DNA from: the human T2T-CHM13v2.0 reference genome, Homo sapiens
Reading direction: 5' to 3' (one strand)
NCBI RefSeq assembly: GCF_009914755.1
Contig: NC_060935.1
DNA: 64,000 nt
Shown: positions 16,272 through 33,757 of the stretch, piece after piece
Numbering within the stretch: position 1 is the stretch's first letter
Layout of the letters: every line of letters begins with the position of its first letter
Notes under the pieces: model-generated
Database searches by the model: none
What the model saw: only the letters and a program-made list of their open reading frames with translations
What the model was told of the DNA's origin: nothing
Program-made: the position numbers and the translations under genes

Positions 16272-17036
16272 CTGGGGGCGAGGGGGGAGAAAAAAAAAAA
16301 AAAAGTCAGAGGCTCTAAGCTGCAGCAGCTTCCCAGCAAACACACTGCCTGCCCCAGCACCCCACAGCAAGACTGGGGAGGCAGGGGCTGGACAGCCCGG
16401 TGAGGCAGGAGTCCACGGTGAGAGCTGGGGCAGCGGCCACTCGGGCACCCGACAACAGGGAAGCCCTGCCTGGCCTCACAGAAGCTGGGAAGAGAAGAGA
16501 AAGAGCGGTACAGGTGACAAGGCCAGGGAAGATCATGGCAGACACAGAGGCATCTTGGAGAGGCCCGGCCCTGGCACGGAGCTGAAAGGAAGGAAGCTGC
16601 CCTCCAAGAAAATGCCTCTCTCTAGACTCTTGCTTTTTTGTTTGTGGTTTTTTTTTTGAGACAAGAGTTTCACTCCTGTCACCCAGACTGGAGTGCAGTG
16701 GCATGATCTCAGCTCACTACAACCTCCAGGTTCAAGCGATTCTCCTGCCTCAGCATCCCGAGTAGCGGGATTACAGGTGCACGCCATCATGCCCAGCTAA
16801 TTTTGTATTTTTAGTAGAGACGGGGTTTTGCCATGTTGGTCAGGCTGGTCTCAAACTCCTGACCTCAAGTGATCCACCCATCTCAGCCTCCCAGTGCTGG
16901 GATTACAGGCGTGAGCCACCACACCCGGCCGAAAATGCTCTTAAGGCTCAGAGGGGCTGAGCAGTAGCAGTGTCTCTATGTGGTGGCGAAGGGCAAACCT
17001 CCCAGCACTCCTCATTAGGCCCCACTTCAGCCTCAC

Positions 17037-17155
17037 CTGCAAGGAATTCATCACACCATTGGCCAGCACAGCCATTTTCCCAGCCACAGACTTGACACCC
17101 TGCTTAAACTGGGCAATGTCCGCTGTAGGCAGCACGTTCCCCAGAGATACACTTC
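17037..17155 (-). CDS. ARFGAP2: ARFGAP2 exon 15, (G)[39 protein letters not shown]
   Basis: AG/GT boundaries, phase-consistent; C-terminal region of Glo3-type ArfGAPs. Confidence 0.95.
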
Positions 17156-17274
17156 CTGTAAAACAAGAGCAGGGTGACCCAGAGCCCAGCAAGAAGCCCT
17201 TCCCAGTCACAGCAGGGCCCTCCCGCCCTGCTCCCAGGCCTCACTTGGTGCCTGCCACCCCACCAGGGCCCTAC

Positions 17275-17368
17275 CTGCTCCGTGAGCTCCATCCATGTCC
17301 CCAAAGAGGTCTGAAGAGCTGATGGCACTGCTGCCTGAGAGCTGCTGCAGCCGAGACCTGGCCTCATA
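17275..17368 (-). CDS. ARFGAP2: ARFGAP2 exon 14, [31 protein letters not shown](G)
   Basis: Second ISSxxxFG Glo3-motif repeat; AG/GT boundaries. Confidence 0.95.
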
Positions 17369-17528
17369 CTGTGGTGAGGAAAAGGCCAGGCCTGGGGATC
17401 TTGGGGCTGATGACCCAAGGACTCACACAGGCCAGGCCCTCCTGGTGCTAAAGCCCAAAGCAGCGGCAGGGAGAAAGCTCATGCTTCTGCCTGCTGCCTC
17501 GGACCTCAGGGCAGACAGCCCCACTTAC

Positions 17529-17655
17529 CTCCGCATCCACCTCCCGCCCAAAGAACATGTCAGATGAGATGGCTTTGGCTCCTGCGAATTTCTGACGCGC
17601 CTCACTAGACTCGAGGCCTGAGCTCCGGCTCTCCACTTCCCTCCGGTTTGTGGCT
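17529..17655 (-). CDS. ARFGAP2: ARFGAP2 exon 13, (R)[42 protein letters not shown]
   Basis: First ISSxxxFG Glo3-motif repeat; GAG|gtaagt donor. Confidence 0.95.
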
Positions 17656-18410
17656 CTGAGGGGAAGATGTGGAATATCTCGGACTCCTCCCATTATCATC
17701 AGGGGAGGCAGAGTACAGAGGCCAAACAGAGCACCAGTGGCCTTTTGGTGATGGGTTACCAGGTCCCATTCTGTCTGTGGCTCTGTGGCTCTGGGCCCCT
17801 CTCCCCTGGTGAGGAGTCACCCTTCTCCACATTGAGGCCAAGGCCCAGAGAGCTTAGGAACCTGCACTAGGCAGGGTGGAAATACAGCCTGCAGTGGCCT
17901 AGGCTCCTGCCCAAAAGCACACAGCTTCGTCAGCATTCAGGAGGCCACACAACTGCTGCTACCCTAATCCTAGTGACAACTTGCCTAGTACTACAATGAG
18001 CATATGTGTCGGTCTGCCTGGCTTTATACCTACTCTTGTCATAACTATGAATAGCAAACTGCCCCCTTTACTCTCAAAAGCATCCTGGTGTGGAAAGGGA
18101 GATGGTTGCTCTCATCTCACGCTGAGTATGTGGACACTGGGCCAGGTATTTCCGGAGACCCTATGAAGTAGTTACGTTCCCATTTTATACGGGGATAACT
18201 CACAGATATTATGTCAACTAAACAGATCCCAGATTAAGATGGAGTAGGGTTTTAAAAAATAAGAAGGGGGCTGGAGACATAAAACCCCTGAAAGGAGGTC
18301 AGGACTGAAGCATACAATCAGGCTCCTCCGGCCAGAGAAATGGACCCCAAGCAAAAGAAGCTGCCAGGCCCTCTATGATGACAAAGCACAACTCAAACCG
18401 AAGCCTGACT

Positions 18411-18605
18411 GCTGCCCTGTCTAATGAGGCAGGCACCAGCCACTGGTGGCTATTTACGTTTATCAGAAATTAAACTACATCAGAAATTGTTGCTCAGTTG
18501 CACCAACCACATTTTAAGGGCTCATAGCCACATAGTAGTGGCTACCATATTAAACAACACAGAGAACATTCCCATCAACACAGAAAGTTCTTCTAGACAG
18601 TGCTG
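18411..18605 (-). mobile_element. MER3-like DNA transposon in ARFGAP2 intron 12
   Basis: AGCCAC..GTGGCTA palindromic blocks; ends ACAGAAAGTTCTTCTAGACAGTGCTG. Confidence 0.6.
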
Positions 18606-18678
18606 CCTTAGAATTCTCTACCTTCAGCTTGTTTAAAAAAAAAAAAAGAAAGAAAAAAGAAAAAACAGCCCACTCTAC

Positions 18679-18813
18679 CTTTCTGAAATAGGCCGGATGC
18701 TTGAGATGGTCACTTCTGGCTCCTTCTCCTCTACCCTGTCCATACCCCAGGCAGCATCTGTATCCCAGCGGGAGCCAAAGCTTTCCCCTAAGGAAAAGGG
18801 ATTGTCCTTGTAC
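18679..18813 (-). CDS. ARFGAP2: ARFGAP2 exon 12, (K)[44 protein letters not shown](R)
   Basis: tag| acceptor, AG|gtagag donor; phase-consistent. Confidence 0.93.
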
Positions 18814-18892
18814 CTAGGGAGACAGTAGAGTGGCTCAGAGAAGCCTGATGAGGAACACAGCAGCCAAGTTTACAGCTAGAAAACAGCCTTAC

Positions 18893-19021
18893 TTTGGGGG
18901 TCCAGAGGCGAAAGTACCAACATCGTCAAACAAGTCCAGCTGCGAGCGAGAGGATTTTGCACTCACTGGGGTTTCCTGCTCAATCACCTGCATCTCAGAC
19001 AGCACGGAGTGGGAGACAGAG
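18893..19021 (-). CDS. ARFGAP2: ARFGAP2 exon 11, (S)[42 protein letters not shown](K)
   Basis: cag| acceptor, AA|gtaagg donor; a 79-nt intron follows. Confidence 0.93.
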
Positions 19022-19270
19022 CTGCGCAGCAAAGCAGAGCCAGGCATGAGACCAAAGGATAGGCATCAGCATCACCGCACAAGAGACAATGCCCAGCAAC
19101 TGGGTTCTCCTTCACGGAGCGTCACCCAGAGCCTTCTGTCCTTACCCAAGCACAGGGCTGGGCCAGACCCCAACAGAAGGCTAGCTGTGTGTGGTGACCT
19201 GTGAAGCACACCTCAGAATTCTTTACACATCAGCTTTGTTTATTCCACGTAGGAGTTCCCTGGCCAGTGA

Positions 19271-21851
<2,581 letters not shown>

Positions 21852-22194
21852 TTAAGGATGATACTAAATGCACCGCAATTCTCAGGGAGGTCTGGAAAAA
21901 TAAACTGTCCCATGACTCAAAGTGCCATCAAGAAAAACCACCCTAGTCTCTTGAAGATACTGAAATAACACCTGATCCTGTGTTTTGTTCACATACCTAT
22001 TCAGTCATTCAACTTACTGAGCACATACCTACTATGCGCCAAGCACTGTATTAGGGACTTTAGAACAATAAGCCAAGTGATCTATTCAGACTTGGAGAAA
22101 CAATAAGCCTAGCATCCCAAACTGCTAGGAAGGCCCCGCAATGGTTCCCAGAAAACAACGGCATTTCCCTGCCACACCCGGAGCTGAGCCTCAC

Positions 22195-22326
22195 CTTCGG
22201 GATACCAAGCCCATGCCCAACCTTTCTGCCTGCTCTCGCTTCTTCCCTTCCAGATTCTGTAGCTTCTTTTCCTCTTTCTTACGATCAATCTGGAGCTCCT
22301 GGTAGGCCAGACGCATGGAGGCGACC
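22195..22326 (-). CDS. ARFGAP2: ARFGAP2 exon 10, (M)[43 protein letters not shown](S)
   Basis: aag| acceptor, AG|gtgagg donor; conserved ERLGMG motif. Confidence 0.94.
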
Positions 22327-22432
22327 CTTAGGGGGAACAAAGGTGTCAGTGGCCACCACCCATCCTGACCTGTCCAACATACCCACCCACCAAGCCCCGC
22401 AGAAGCCTGAGGCCCCGGCAGCAAACACTTAC

Positions 22433-22569
22433 ATGGACTCCTCCGCCTGCTTCTTGGCATCGGCTGCCTGCTGCTCACGGAGCTTCTCTGCCACCTGAGC
22501 CTGCCGCTCAATCTCACTGAAGCTCTGGCTGCTCACCTTCTGGGCCCCTAGGCCTTTCTTGGCACCCAG
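22433..22569 (-). CDS. ARFGAP2: ARFGAP2 exon 9, [45 protein letters not shown](M)
   Basis: AG/GT boundaries; basic LGAQKV region typical of ArfGAP2/3. Confidence 0.94.
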
Positions 22570-23049
22570 CTGGGAACAGAATCAGGTAAGGGGCCTTCCC
22601 AATCACACTCTCCTCAGATCCCTCCCAGGTTCAGGCACTGTAGCCACACCCACAAGGAAAAGGCCCTTCTTAAAATTTAGGGTAAAAAACAGGAGCCCAA
22701 CCAGCATGGCCAAGACAATAGTGCTCCGCTGGAGCTGGGCATGGGCGGCTCACACAGCCCCAGCAGAGCCCGGGCCTGAGGACAGCAGTTAATGCTGACA
22801 GGGCCAAGTATGTGCCAAGCACTCCGCCAAGCACTAGATGTGCTCCATCTCACCGACTCCTCCCAGCAGCCCTTGAAGACAGGCTTTAAATCCCTTTAAA
22901 TCTTTAAATCCCTTTCACAGGCGAGGTTCGGAGAAACACAGTACCTTTGCCAAAGTCATATAGCTGGTAAGTGGTAAGGTCAAGGAGTGAACCCAGGTAG
23001 CCTGCACCCAGCTCCTAACCCCTCTACCATACCACCTCTCCCCACCTAC

Positions 23050-23102
23050 CCCTTTCTTAGCTGCTGCTGGCTTCTTCTTGCCAATGATGGAGCTTTTCAG
23101 TT
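23050..23102 (-). CDS. ARFGAP2: ARFGAP2 exon 8, (E)LKSSIIGKKKPAAAKKG
   Basis: cag| acceptor, GGG|gtaggt donor; phase-consistent. Confidence 0.92.
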
Positions 23103-24194
23103 CTGCGTGAGAAACGGGTAGGCATGAGCTAAGACAAAGGCAGCTCAGAGGCAGTAGCTCAGTATACACCATGCAGCTTCATGGCAAGAGCTCCTAAGAA
23201 CAGCTTCAGGCAAGGGAAGGCAAAGCTGCCACCACCAGCTCCAACCAGCGGTGTCAAAGCCAAAGACAGACGTGGCTGGGGTATTTACTGGCACCCAGCA
23301 GAGTGAGACAGGAACCTAGACCTGAAGCACCAGAGACGTCCGAAGCACCAGAGACGTCCAAATTCCCTGAACCAAAACAAAGACTGCGAGGCAGGGAGCA
23401 TATGGTGAGCACCAGGCTCCGCTTCTAAAGCAGGAAGCTGAGAACAGGGGCTGGGCTCCCCAAGCAGCTGTCAGTTACCTCTGGCAGGAAGGGCCCCTTT
23501 AGCTGACAGATACACGGACTCTGGAGGAGAAACAGACTTGTGGCTAACAAGAGGCCCACCCCAGAGCCTCCACAGAGCTCCCAAGCCCAGCGGTCTCTAT
23601 GAAGCCCTGCTTCAGACCAAGCTATGCCAGCCTTCTCATGGATCAGTCTGACAGTCACTCTGCTGGGTTCCAGCCCCAACCCCCAAGAGTCAACAGAACA
23701 AACCGAGGTCAGCAAATGGACTGTTCGCCCTGAACCAAGTCTGAAAGACACTAAGGAAAATGTAGGAAAGAGTTAAAGGACAGGCTGGGGTACTGGCTGA
23801 GAAAGAACAATGTCACCTCCAGCCTTCGGCAGCTCAGAGCTGTCCCTCCACCCCCGGAAATGCACCAGACAAGCCAGCCCTGCCTCAGAGCCCAGGGATA
23901 GGTGTCCAGTCTCATGCTGGCCTCCCCAACACTTTGGCTAGACCCAGCCCCACACTCAGAGGCAGACCCCAGGCCTTATACACCAGCCCACCCAGATTCA
24001 TCAATTCAAAGGGCTTGGCTCTAAAATCAGTGTTGCATCCACTATTTCAATCACAGTCCCCACTCCAGAGAATCAGATAGATGCTCAGTCTCCTGTGGCC
24101 TCTGTCCACACGGCCAGGCAGTAGGACCTCTGAAAAGAACATTTGAGGTCCACCCTCTCCCAGACACCCCACGCCTGCCCGCTGGCATACTGAC

Positions 24195-24251
24195 CCAGTG
24201 AGGCTTTGGGTGAGGTGCCAAGCAGGTCTGTGTTGGGGCCATGCTCCGGCT
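24195..24251 (-). CDS. ARFGAP2: ARFGAP2 exon 7, (Q)PEHGPNTDLLGTSPKASL(E)
   Basis: cacag| acceptor, G|gtcagt donor; phase-consistent. Confidence 0.9.
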
Positions 24252-24527
24252 CTGTGGATGCAATGGTAGGAGTTAGAGATGAGCTCCTAGCTTCCTGCAA
24301 CCTCCCCTTGAAAGAAGTGATGGGACAAGAATCGGTGGCTTTCCTCAGCTTGCCACCAAAAGATAAAAGGAATATCTACCACTTCCTCCAAGGATTAAAA
24401 TGAATCCCGGCCCACCCAAAGATACAGGAGGACCCCTGCTCCTATTGTCATGGCCAGATGTCCCCTTCCAAACCCTGAGTCCTCTCCTAGGACCAGGGCA
24501 CCTGGTTGGAATCTGGGCTGAACTCAC

Positions 24528-24609
24528 GTGCCAGGCCACTGCTCTCTGTAGACGGGGCTGGCTGCTGGGTCCCTGAAGGCTCAGTGGCTGGCGCATCCCA
24601 GGCAGGGGG
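24528..24609 (-). CDS. ARFGAP2: ARFGAP2 exon 6, [27 protein letters not shown](Q)
   Basis: ttttcag| acceptor, C|gtgagt donor. Confidence 0.92.
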
Positions 24610-25136
24610 CTGAAAAGGAGGCCAGATCACAGATGCCTCGGTGAGCCACTCCTGCTGGCAAGAAGCACCAAGACCTACAAGCACCTTGTGGACAAGAAAT
24701 CATACTCCAAACCCATGAGGAAAGGGACTGGAGGGTAGCAAACAAGATCACAGTTGCTATTCACTGTGGAAGAAAGCAGGAAGACAAGCAGCCCCCACCC
24801 CAACCCCTTCACTATTTACTTAGAGCCAGAGCCCATTCTCCTAACTTAAAGACAGTTAACTACCACCACCTAGGCAGGCACAGATCTAAAGGCTCCTCAT
24901 ATATGAATATATTTAATTATCACTACAACCCCTATGAAGGAGCTACATCGCCATTTTAGAAACTGAGGTTTTGACAGGTTGAGTGACTTGGCCACCATCA
25001 CAGGAATGCGGAGTAGAGAACAGGAATTGAAGCCAAGAGTCTAACTTCAGCACCCAGGGCCAGTAAAGAGGAAACCCTCCTCAAAGGGGTGGGGCGGGGA
25101 GGAGAGAATCCTTTCACTGTCCCCAAGCACAGTGCC

Positions 25137-25448
<312 letters not shown>

Positions 25449-25768
25449 CACAGTGCCTTTCTTATAGGGGAAGAATCCAGGAAAATTTGTTTGGGGCACC
25501 GGACACCTCTTGAAACTTCAAGAAGCTGCCTCTCTTCCCCGCCAGCCCAATTTATAGGAGTCGATTTCTAAGGAGGGCTACACTGCACCTCCATTTATGG
25601 AGGAGGAAACACCTAGGCCTACCCAGCAGGAACAGTGGACTTCATACGTGGTGTCCAAGACATCACATCAAAGCAAATGGAATCTACAACCATGATCACA
25701 GAAGGCCTGGGCCTTGGTAAATTGCCTGTCAAGAACAACTGGGAAAACGGTTCCTTGTGGGCACTCAC

Positions 25769-25852
25769 TTGAGTGTGTTCTGTGAAGAAATCAGAGTCCT
25801 TCTTCTCTGGGGAGTGATTAGGAACGGCACTACTCATGTTGTCTATCCAAAG
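25769..25852 (-). CDS. ARFGAP2: ARFGAP2 exon 5, [28 protein letters not shown] (symmetric 84-nt exon)
   Basis: tag| acceptor, CAA|gtgagt donor; 83-nt upstream intron. Confidence 0.92.
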
Positions 25853-25935
25853 CTAGAAAGGAGAAGACACCCCTAAAACACAGGGCTCTGAATACTCCTA
25901 ACCCTCCTGCCCCAGCCCCAAGAACAGGCACTTAC

Positions 25936-26067
25936 ATCAGTGCCATGCCTAGCCAGGGCCGCACTCCCCAGCTGCCGGATCTTCTCCCGGTACATCTGGG
26001 CAGCTCGGCTATTATATTTGGTGTTGGCATCATTGGCTGTGCATCCATGTTGGCGAAAAAAAGCCGT
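25936..26067 (-). CDS. ARFGAP2: ARFGAP2 exon 4, [44 protein letters not shown]
   Basis: End of the ArfGAP domain (KYNSRAA); AG/GT boundaries. Confidence 0.95.
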
Positions 26068-26604
26068 CTGGAGAGCAAAGAAGAGAGCAGCGCGTGCTAC
26101 GGGTGATTCTCAAGAAGGAAACGTGTTGGCTGTAGGAGACATCTCCTTATGACAGCGAAGTTATTATCTATACAGGATGATACATGCTACTGACACCGGT
26201 TTTTCAGAGATAAAGTTTCTCGAAATTCCTGCAAAAAACACCTTGCAGCGGGCCATCCTCTGATATGACTGAAGTCCAGGCCCCACTGAACGCTGCCTGA
26301 GCACAACATCCCATACCCAGCCTCCCCATCCTTCATCCAGGGCAGGCCCACAAGACCCAATGACTGTGAAGGCTCCCAACTCCTGTGGCTTTTCCCCAAG
26401 AACACCTGCCCAGTTTAATTGGAATCTGAAACCCATTTAAGAGAAGCTGTGACCAGTTTCGAAGTTTTCAGAAAATAGCTTATGGTGGTGTTATAGAACA
26501 GAGAACCCTCTGAACAGGGAAAACGACAGGGCCTCTTAGGGAGTCGTGCAAAGTTAGTAACCAGGCAGAAGAATGGAAGGTGAGGGAAGTAGAAGGAGCT
26601 TTAC

Positions 26605-26677
26605 CGCATTGGCATTCCCGCCGACCTGCATACACCTCAGCTGGAACCAGTTCCAGTTGGAATCCAACTCTGTGGAC
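26605..26677 (-). CDS. ARFGAP2: ARFGAP2 exon 3, (R)[24 protein letters not shown]
   Basis: ArfGAP GGN motif; AG/GT boundaries. Confidence 0.95.
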
Positions 26678-27268
26678 CTGTGTACAAGGGCTGCGTCTCA
26701 CCCACTAGCAGATACCAGCAGGATTTCCCTGGCAACCCGGATACCTGTCACTTGGCCTCAGGCTGCTGTAGGCACCCAGGAAACATTAATCAGCCATCAC
26801 CCCATTTCCTCCACACTACCCTGTCCATGAAAACTCTCCTCTTCGTTCATTTACTCCAAAGAGTACTAATTATGTCCCCAGATCCGAAAGGAGGTCACAT
26901 TCTCAGGCACGCACGCCTGGATTTGGCTTTCCCCTAATGGATGGTCACAGTCTCACTAGAGACATACTGGTCTAACAACATATCAGCAACAACAAGGTCA
27001 ATGCCTCCCTTTCCCCTCAACTAACGCTCAGAGTCTCAAGCCTGACCGTCAAAAAAGAGGAAGTTTTGGCCCAGAGGCGGAGACGGACCGCCCATGTGCC
27101 AAAGGGCCCACACAGGTGGTTCCCTCTGGCAGGAGGCTACCGGACCCTCTCGGCCCAGAGGCTTCCCACCGAATTCAGAGCGGCCCAAGTCGAGGCAGCC
27201 ACTCTCCCTTGTTGCCCAGACACCCCTGGCCGGCCGGGTGGAAACACGGCAACCGCGCGGAGAGCCTA

Positions 27269-27487
<219 letters not shown>

Positions 27488-27535
27488 TCAGGCCCCAGCG
27501 GGACGAGAGACTCCGCGCGCCCCCTGCTCACGCAC

Positions 27536-27607
27536 CTTGTTGGTTGGAACTGCGCGAAGCCTCTTAAAAAGAGTCTGGATTTCGGTCTTGTTCGGCTCCG
27601 CCGCCAT
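27536..27607 (-). CDS. ARFGAP2: ARFGAP2 exon 1 coding part, [24 protein letters not shown]
   Basis: AAAATGG start context; AAG|gtgcgt donor; lies in a CpG island. Confidence 0.96.
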
Positions 27608-28312
27608 TTTCTCTCCTTCCCAGACACAACCGCGGCTGACGGGTCCCGCCGCGGGCCAATCCACGGCGGGGAGGGCGGGCTCACCAGGCCGGCCTCAGCG
27701 GTGCCTGGGCCAGCCGAGGGGTGGGGTGATTGGAGTCCGATCTGGACCAATGGGCAGCCGGCGGGACGGGGGCGGCGACGACAACCGCGGCCGCAAGAAT
27801 CAACGCCGCGCCGGGCCAATCCGCAGCCGGGGCGGGGCGACGGCGCGCGGACCGGCCCAAACCTCCTCGCGCGCGTAGTACCCTTCCCCCCGCCCCTCCC
27901 ACGCCGCAACCCCCAGGTGGAGTCGCCCCCACGCCGCGCAGGCTGCGGGAGGCTGGGGGCGGGGACCCCCACTCCAGCTAATTACAGATCGATGAATAAG
28001 GATTAGGCTGCCCAAACACTCCTCGTCCCTCCGGCCCGAACGGGCAGACGCATTGGCCCGCGTCTCGCCCAGCCTTCAGCCGTTCTCGGTTAACAGCAAG
28101 CCTGACAGCGAGTCCCCTCCACTCCAGATTAGTATCTCGAAGTTCCAGAGCAGGTACCAAGCAGGCAAACCCTTTTCCAACCCCGGCCCCATAACAGACG
28201 CTAGGCCTCTCTCTAGATGCCCTCTGGTGGCCTGGCAAGGGTGTCCTATCAAAAAAATGCACATGAGCCCGACAGTGGTGTTTTTGTTTTTGTGTGTGGG
28301 TGTGTGTCAAGT

Positions 28313-28318
28313 TTTAAT
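28313..28318 (-). terminator. PACSIN3: PACSIN3 poly(A) signal ATTAAA (TTTAAT on +)
   Basis: Only good hexamer seen ~370 nt after the PACSIN3 stop codon. Confidence 0.75.
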
Positions 28319-28684
28319 ACACGCTAGAACAAGCCACAAGAGGGTGCTGCTAGGCCAGAACTACACTCACCCCAAGCCCACCCCAGGAACCCCAAAGCAG
28401 AGGTCAGGAACTGAGTCCACAGCTCCTGGGGAGGCCCAGGCACCCCTGAACGCTTCTGTCACCTCTGACCTCCCATCTTGCCCTCAGCCTAGACTCGTCC
28501 CTTCCCTACCAGTCCCTTCCCTAGACAAAGGCCCCTCCCCTCCCTGGGTCCCAGGACTTCCTCCCTCAAGGGACAGAGGAGCAGCCAGAGAGCGACGGTT
28601 CAGGGCCCTGAGGGTCCGGCTCTCCAGGAGAAGCTGGGCTCTGAACCAGGGTGGGTAAACGTTGCAGAAGGGCTGTCAGGACAC

Positions 28685-28819
<135 letters not shown>

Positions 28820-29099
28820 TCACTGCCAGTGGCCCTGGCCCAGGCCCTGTTCCTGCAACTGGGTCAAGGACTGAGGGGGATGGTGTGGTCCCAGAGCCCA
28901 GCTAGCAAAGACATGGCTCAGGCAGAGGCAGGTCAAGGTCAGCAAGCTGCCCCACCCCAGACCCTGAATGCAGCCACCAGGCACCAGCTATCTGGACCTG
29001 GAACAGCTGAAGGGACAGAGGACTGGCCCTTAAGAAGTGGGTATTTGGCTTCCCTTTCTGACACCCCTGCTCAGGCAGATAAGGCAGAGGCTGAAGCTA

Positions 29100-29309
<210 letters not shown>

Positions 29310-29646
29310 TCAGGGCAAAGGCCTCCCTACCCCCAGAGGCACCTGGGAGAGTCAGGTGAGGTACTAAAGATTCTAGCTCTACCTCGCCATGCCCGACTGT
29401 GAGCAAAGAGGCAATTCCTGCCACACGCAGCTGATTTAAGGCATAAACGAGAGGGAATGTGGGAAATGCCCAGCAAATCTAAACCACTATGAGAACCAGT
29501 ATCATTACAACTACTAAGTAGGCCCTCAGGTCCCTGGCACCAATTTTCAACCCATTTCAGGTGTGAAAGAAATGAAACCAAGGAGAAAGGAAAGGAGGGC
29601 GGGAGGCAGAGCTGTTTCTTTGCCACAGCCGCGCTCCTGGCTCTCA

Positions 29647-29799
<153 letters not shown>

Positions 29800-29837
29800 T
29801 TATAGTCAGGTGGGGCCATCTGAACCACCTTCACTTA

Positions 29838-30059
<222 letters not shown>

Positions 30060-30130
30060 CTAGGAAGTCTAGACCCTGCATCCCTCAGTCCCAGCCAGGG
30101 CCTCGGGGAGATGGAGGAGACCCAGTACTA

Positions 30131-30427
<297 letters not shown>

Positions 30428-30798
30428 CTAGACCCAGGGCTAGCCACTAGGGGCAATCAGTCCCAAGACCCAGCTCCTGCCCTCAAGGACCCCAGCAGCC
30501 TAACAAGGGAGGTGACATCAGGCACAGCATATAAAAGAGTCTGGTGAGGATTGAAATGAGGTCAACCTACAGGAAAGGATGGGAGAAATCAGAAAAGGCT
30601 TCCTGGAGGAGGTGGAAACTGCAGCATCTCAGGATGGGGAGGATTTGCATATCCAGAGCTGCAGGAAAGGACACTTCGGGCAAAGGGTACTGTGCAAGGA
30701 AAAGAGCTGGAAGTTCTCAACTGCTGAAGTCATCCCAGTGCCTGAAACTCCATTTCTTTCCCTAGTAAAGCATCACCTTTTGTCAGGTTCCTCCTTTA

Positions 30799-31463
<665 letters not shown>

Positions 31464-31828
31464 TTAGGCCAGGCCTGGGTACCACCCAAAATGAGCCTAG
31501 CCCCTCTCACTGGGTGTGAGGCATGGAGGCATGGGGTACGCGCATGGGGTGCAAAGGTGAATGACAACCCTGTCAGCTGGGCTTATTGAATGAGGACCAT
31601 GTGCCTTATCTCACTGACTCCTTGTCTCAGCCACCATCGTGAGGACAGCGACATTGCCAACATTGAACAGGCAAAACACTGAGGACCAGAGATGTGAACT
31701 CGCCCAAAGCATTATGGCTACAACAGGAGCTGAGGGCCGGGCACAGTGGCTCACTCCTGTAATCCCAGCACTTTGGGAGGCCAAGGCGGGTGGATCACAA
31801 GGTCAGGAGATCGAGACCATCCTGGCTA

Positions 31829-32008
<180 letters not shown>

Positions 32009-33046
32009 CTATCTCAAAAAAAAAGAAAAAAAAGAGGAGCTGAGATTCAAACCCATCTCTGTTGTGTAAACACTACACTCCATTGCCTCAAAGGAAGAGC
32101 CTGTGTGTGCCCTCGAGGAAGACAGCTTGCAGGGTGGAAAGATCCATGCTCCCAGTCAGAGGGCCTGGGCTCAACCTTCAGCACTTCCTAGCTGTGTGCC
32201 TTTAGGCAAGTCCCTTAGCCTCTCTGAGCTTCCAGTTTCTCCTCTAGAAAATGCATAAAACAGGCCCAGGTGCGGTGGCTCATGCCTGTAATCCAGGCCG
32301 GGCACGGTGGCTCACGCCTGTAATCTCAGCACTTTGGGAGGCCAAGGAGAAAGGACCGCTAGAGCCCAGGGGTTCAAAACCAGTCTGAGCAACATAGCAA
32401 AACCCTATCTCTACAAAAAATACAAAAATTAGCCAAGTGTGGTGGTCTATGCCTGTGATCCCAGCTATTGTGGTCCCAGCTATTCAGGAGGCTGAGGTGG
32501 GAGGATCAGTTGAGCGTGGGAGAGGGAGAGGTTGCAGTGATCCATGATTGTACCACTGCACTCCAGCCTGGTGACAGAGTGAGACCCTGTCTCAAAATAA
32601 ATAAATAATAAACAAAGGAAAGAAGGCCAGATGCAGTGGCTCACGCCTGTAATCCCAGCACTTGGGGAGGCTGAGGTGGGTGGATTACCTGAGGTCAGGA
32701 GTTTGAGACCAGCCTGGCCAACATGGTAAAACCCCGTCTTTACTAAAAATACAAAATTAGCCAGGCGTGGTGGTGGGTGCCTGTAATCCCAGCTACTTGG
32801 GAGGCTGAAGCAGGAGAACCACTTGAGAGGCGGAGGTTGCAGTGAGCCAACATCATGTCACTGCACTCCAGCATGGGCAACAAGTGCAAAACGTCTCAAA
32901 AAAAAAAAAAAAAGAAAGGAAAGAAAATGGGTAAAACAACCATCTCCACAGGGTTGTTGCAACTATCAAAGTAACTCATGAGCATCCTTTATAAACTTTA
33001 ATAACACCACAGCCATGAGGATGACCAGGAGGATCTTCCCTTTCTA

Positions 33047-33373
<327 letters not shown>

Positions 33374-33427
33374 TCAGATGGGCTCCTCCCCTAGACAAGT
33401 AGCTGAGCCCAGGACCCAGCTGCTCAC

Positions 33428-33481
33428 CTCCCAGAAACTGCCCCCTAAGGCCTCCCCTCCAGCGTCCTCTTCTGGAGCCAT
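33428..33481 (-). CDS. PACSIN3: PACSIN3 first coding exon, MAPEEDAGGEALGGSFWE (exon begins at ~33518)
   Basis: ACCATGG Kozak; SFWE motif; GAG|gtgagc donor; acceptor at 33519-33520. Confidence 0.95.
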
Positions 33482-33757
33482 GGTGTCCCCGCAGCACGGA
33501 ATGGTGGCGGATTTGGGGCTGTGGAGGGCAGAGGGGTAAGCAGGAAAGCTGGACATTATGTTTCTGGGGATAGGAAAAGACCCTCTCTATACCTGGGCCT
33601 CGCCCCACTGCCATCCCCACCACCCAAGGAGTCATCAGAGCTAGGACTTAGCAGGCAGGGTGCTGAAGACCCTAAGAAGGGCCAGGATGGGTGAGGATGG
33701 AGTCTCAAAGCTCTTCCTCTCACTGCTCTGCACTTCCCCCCCCGCCCCCCCACATAC

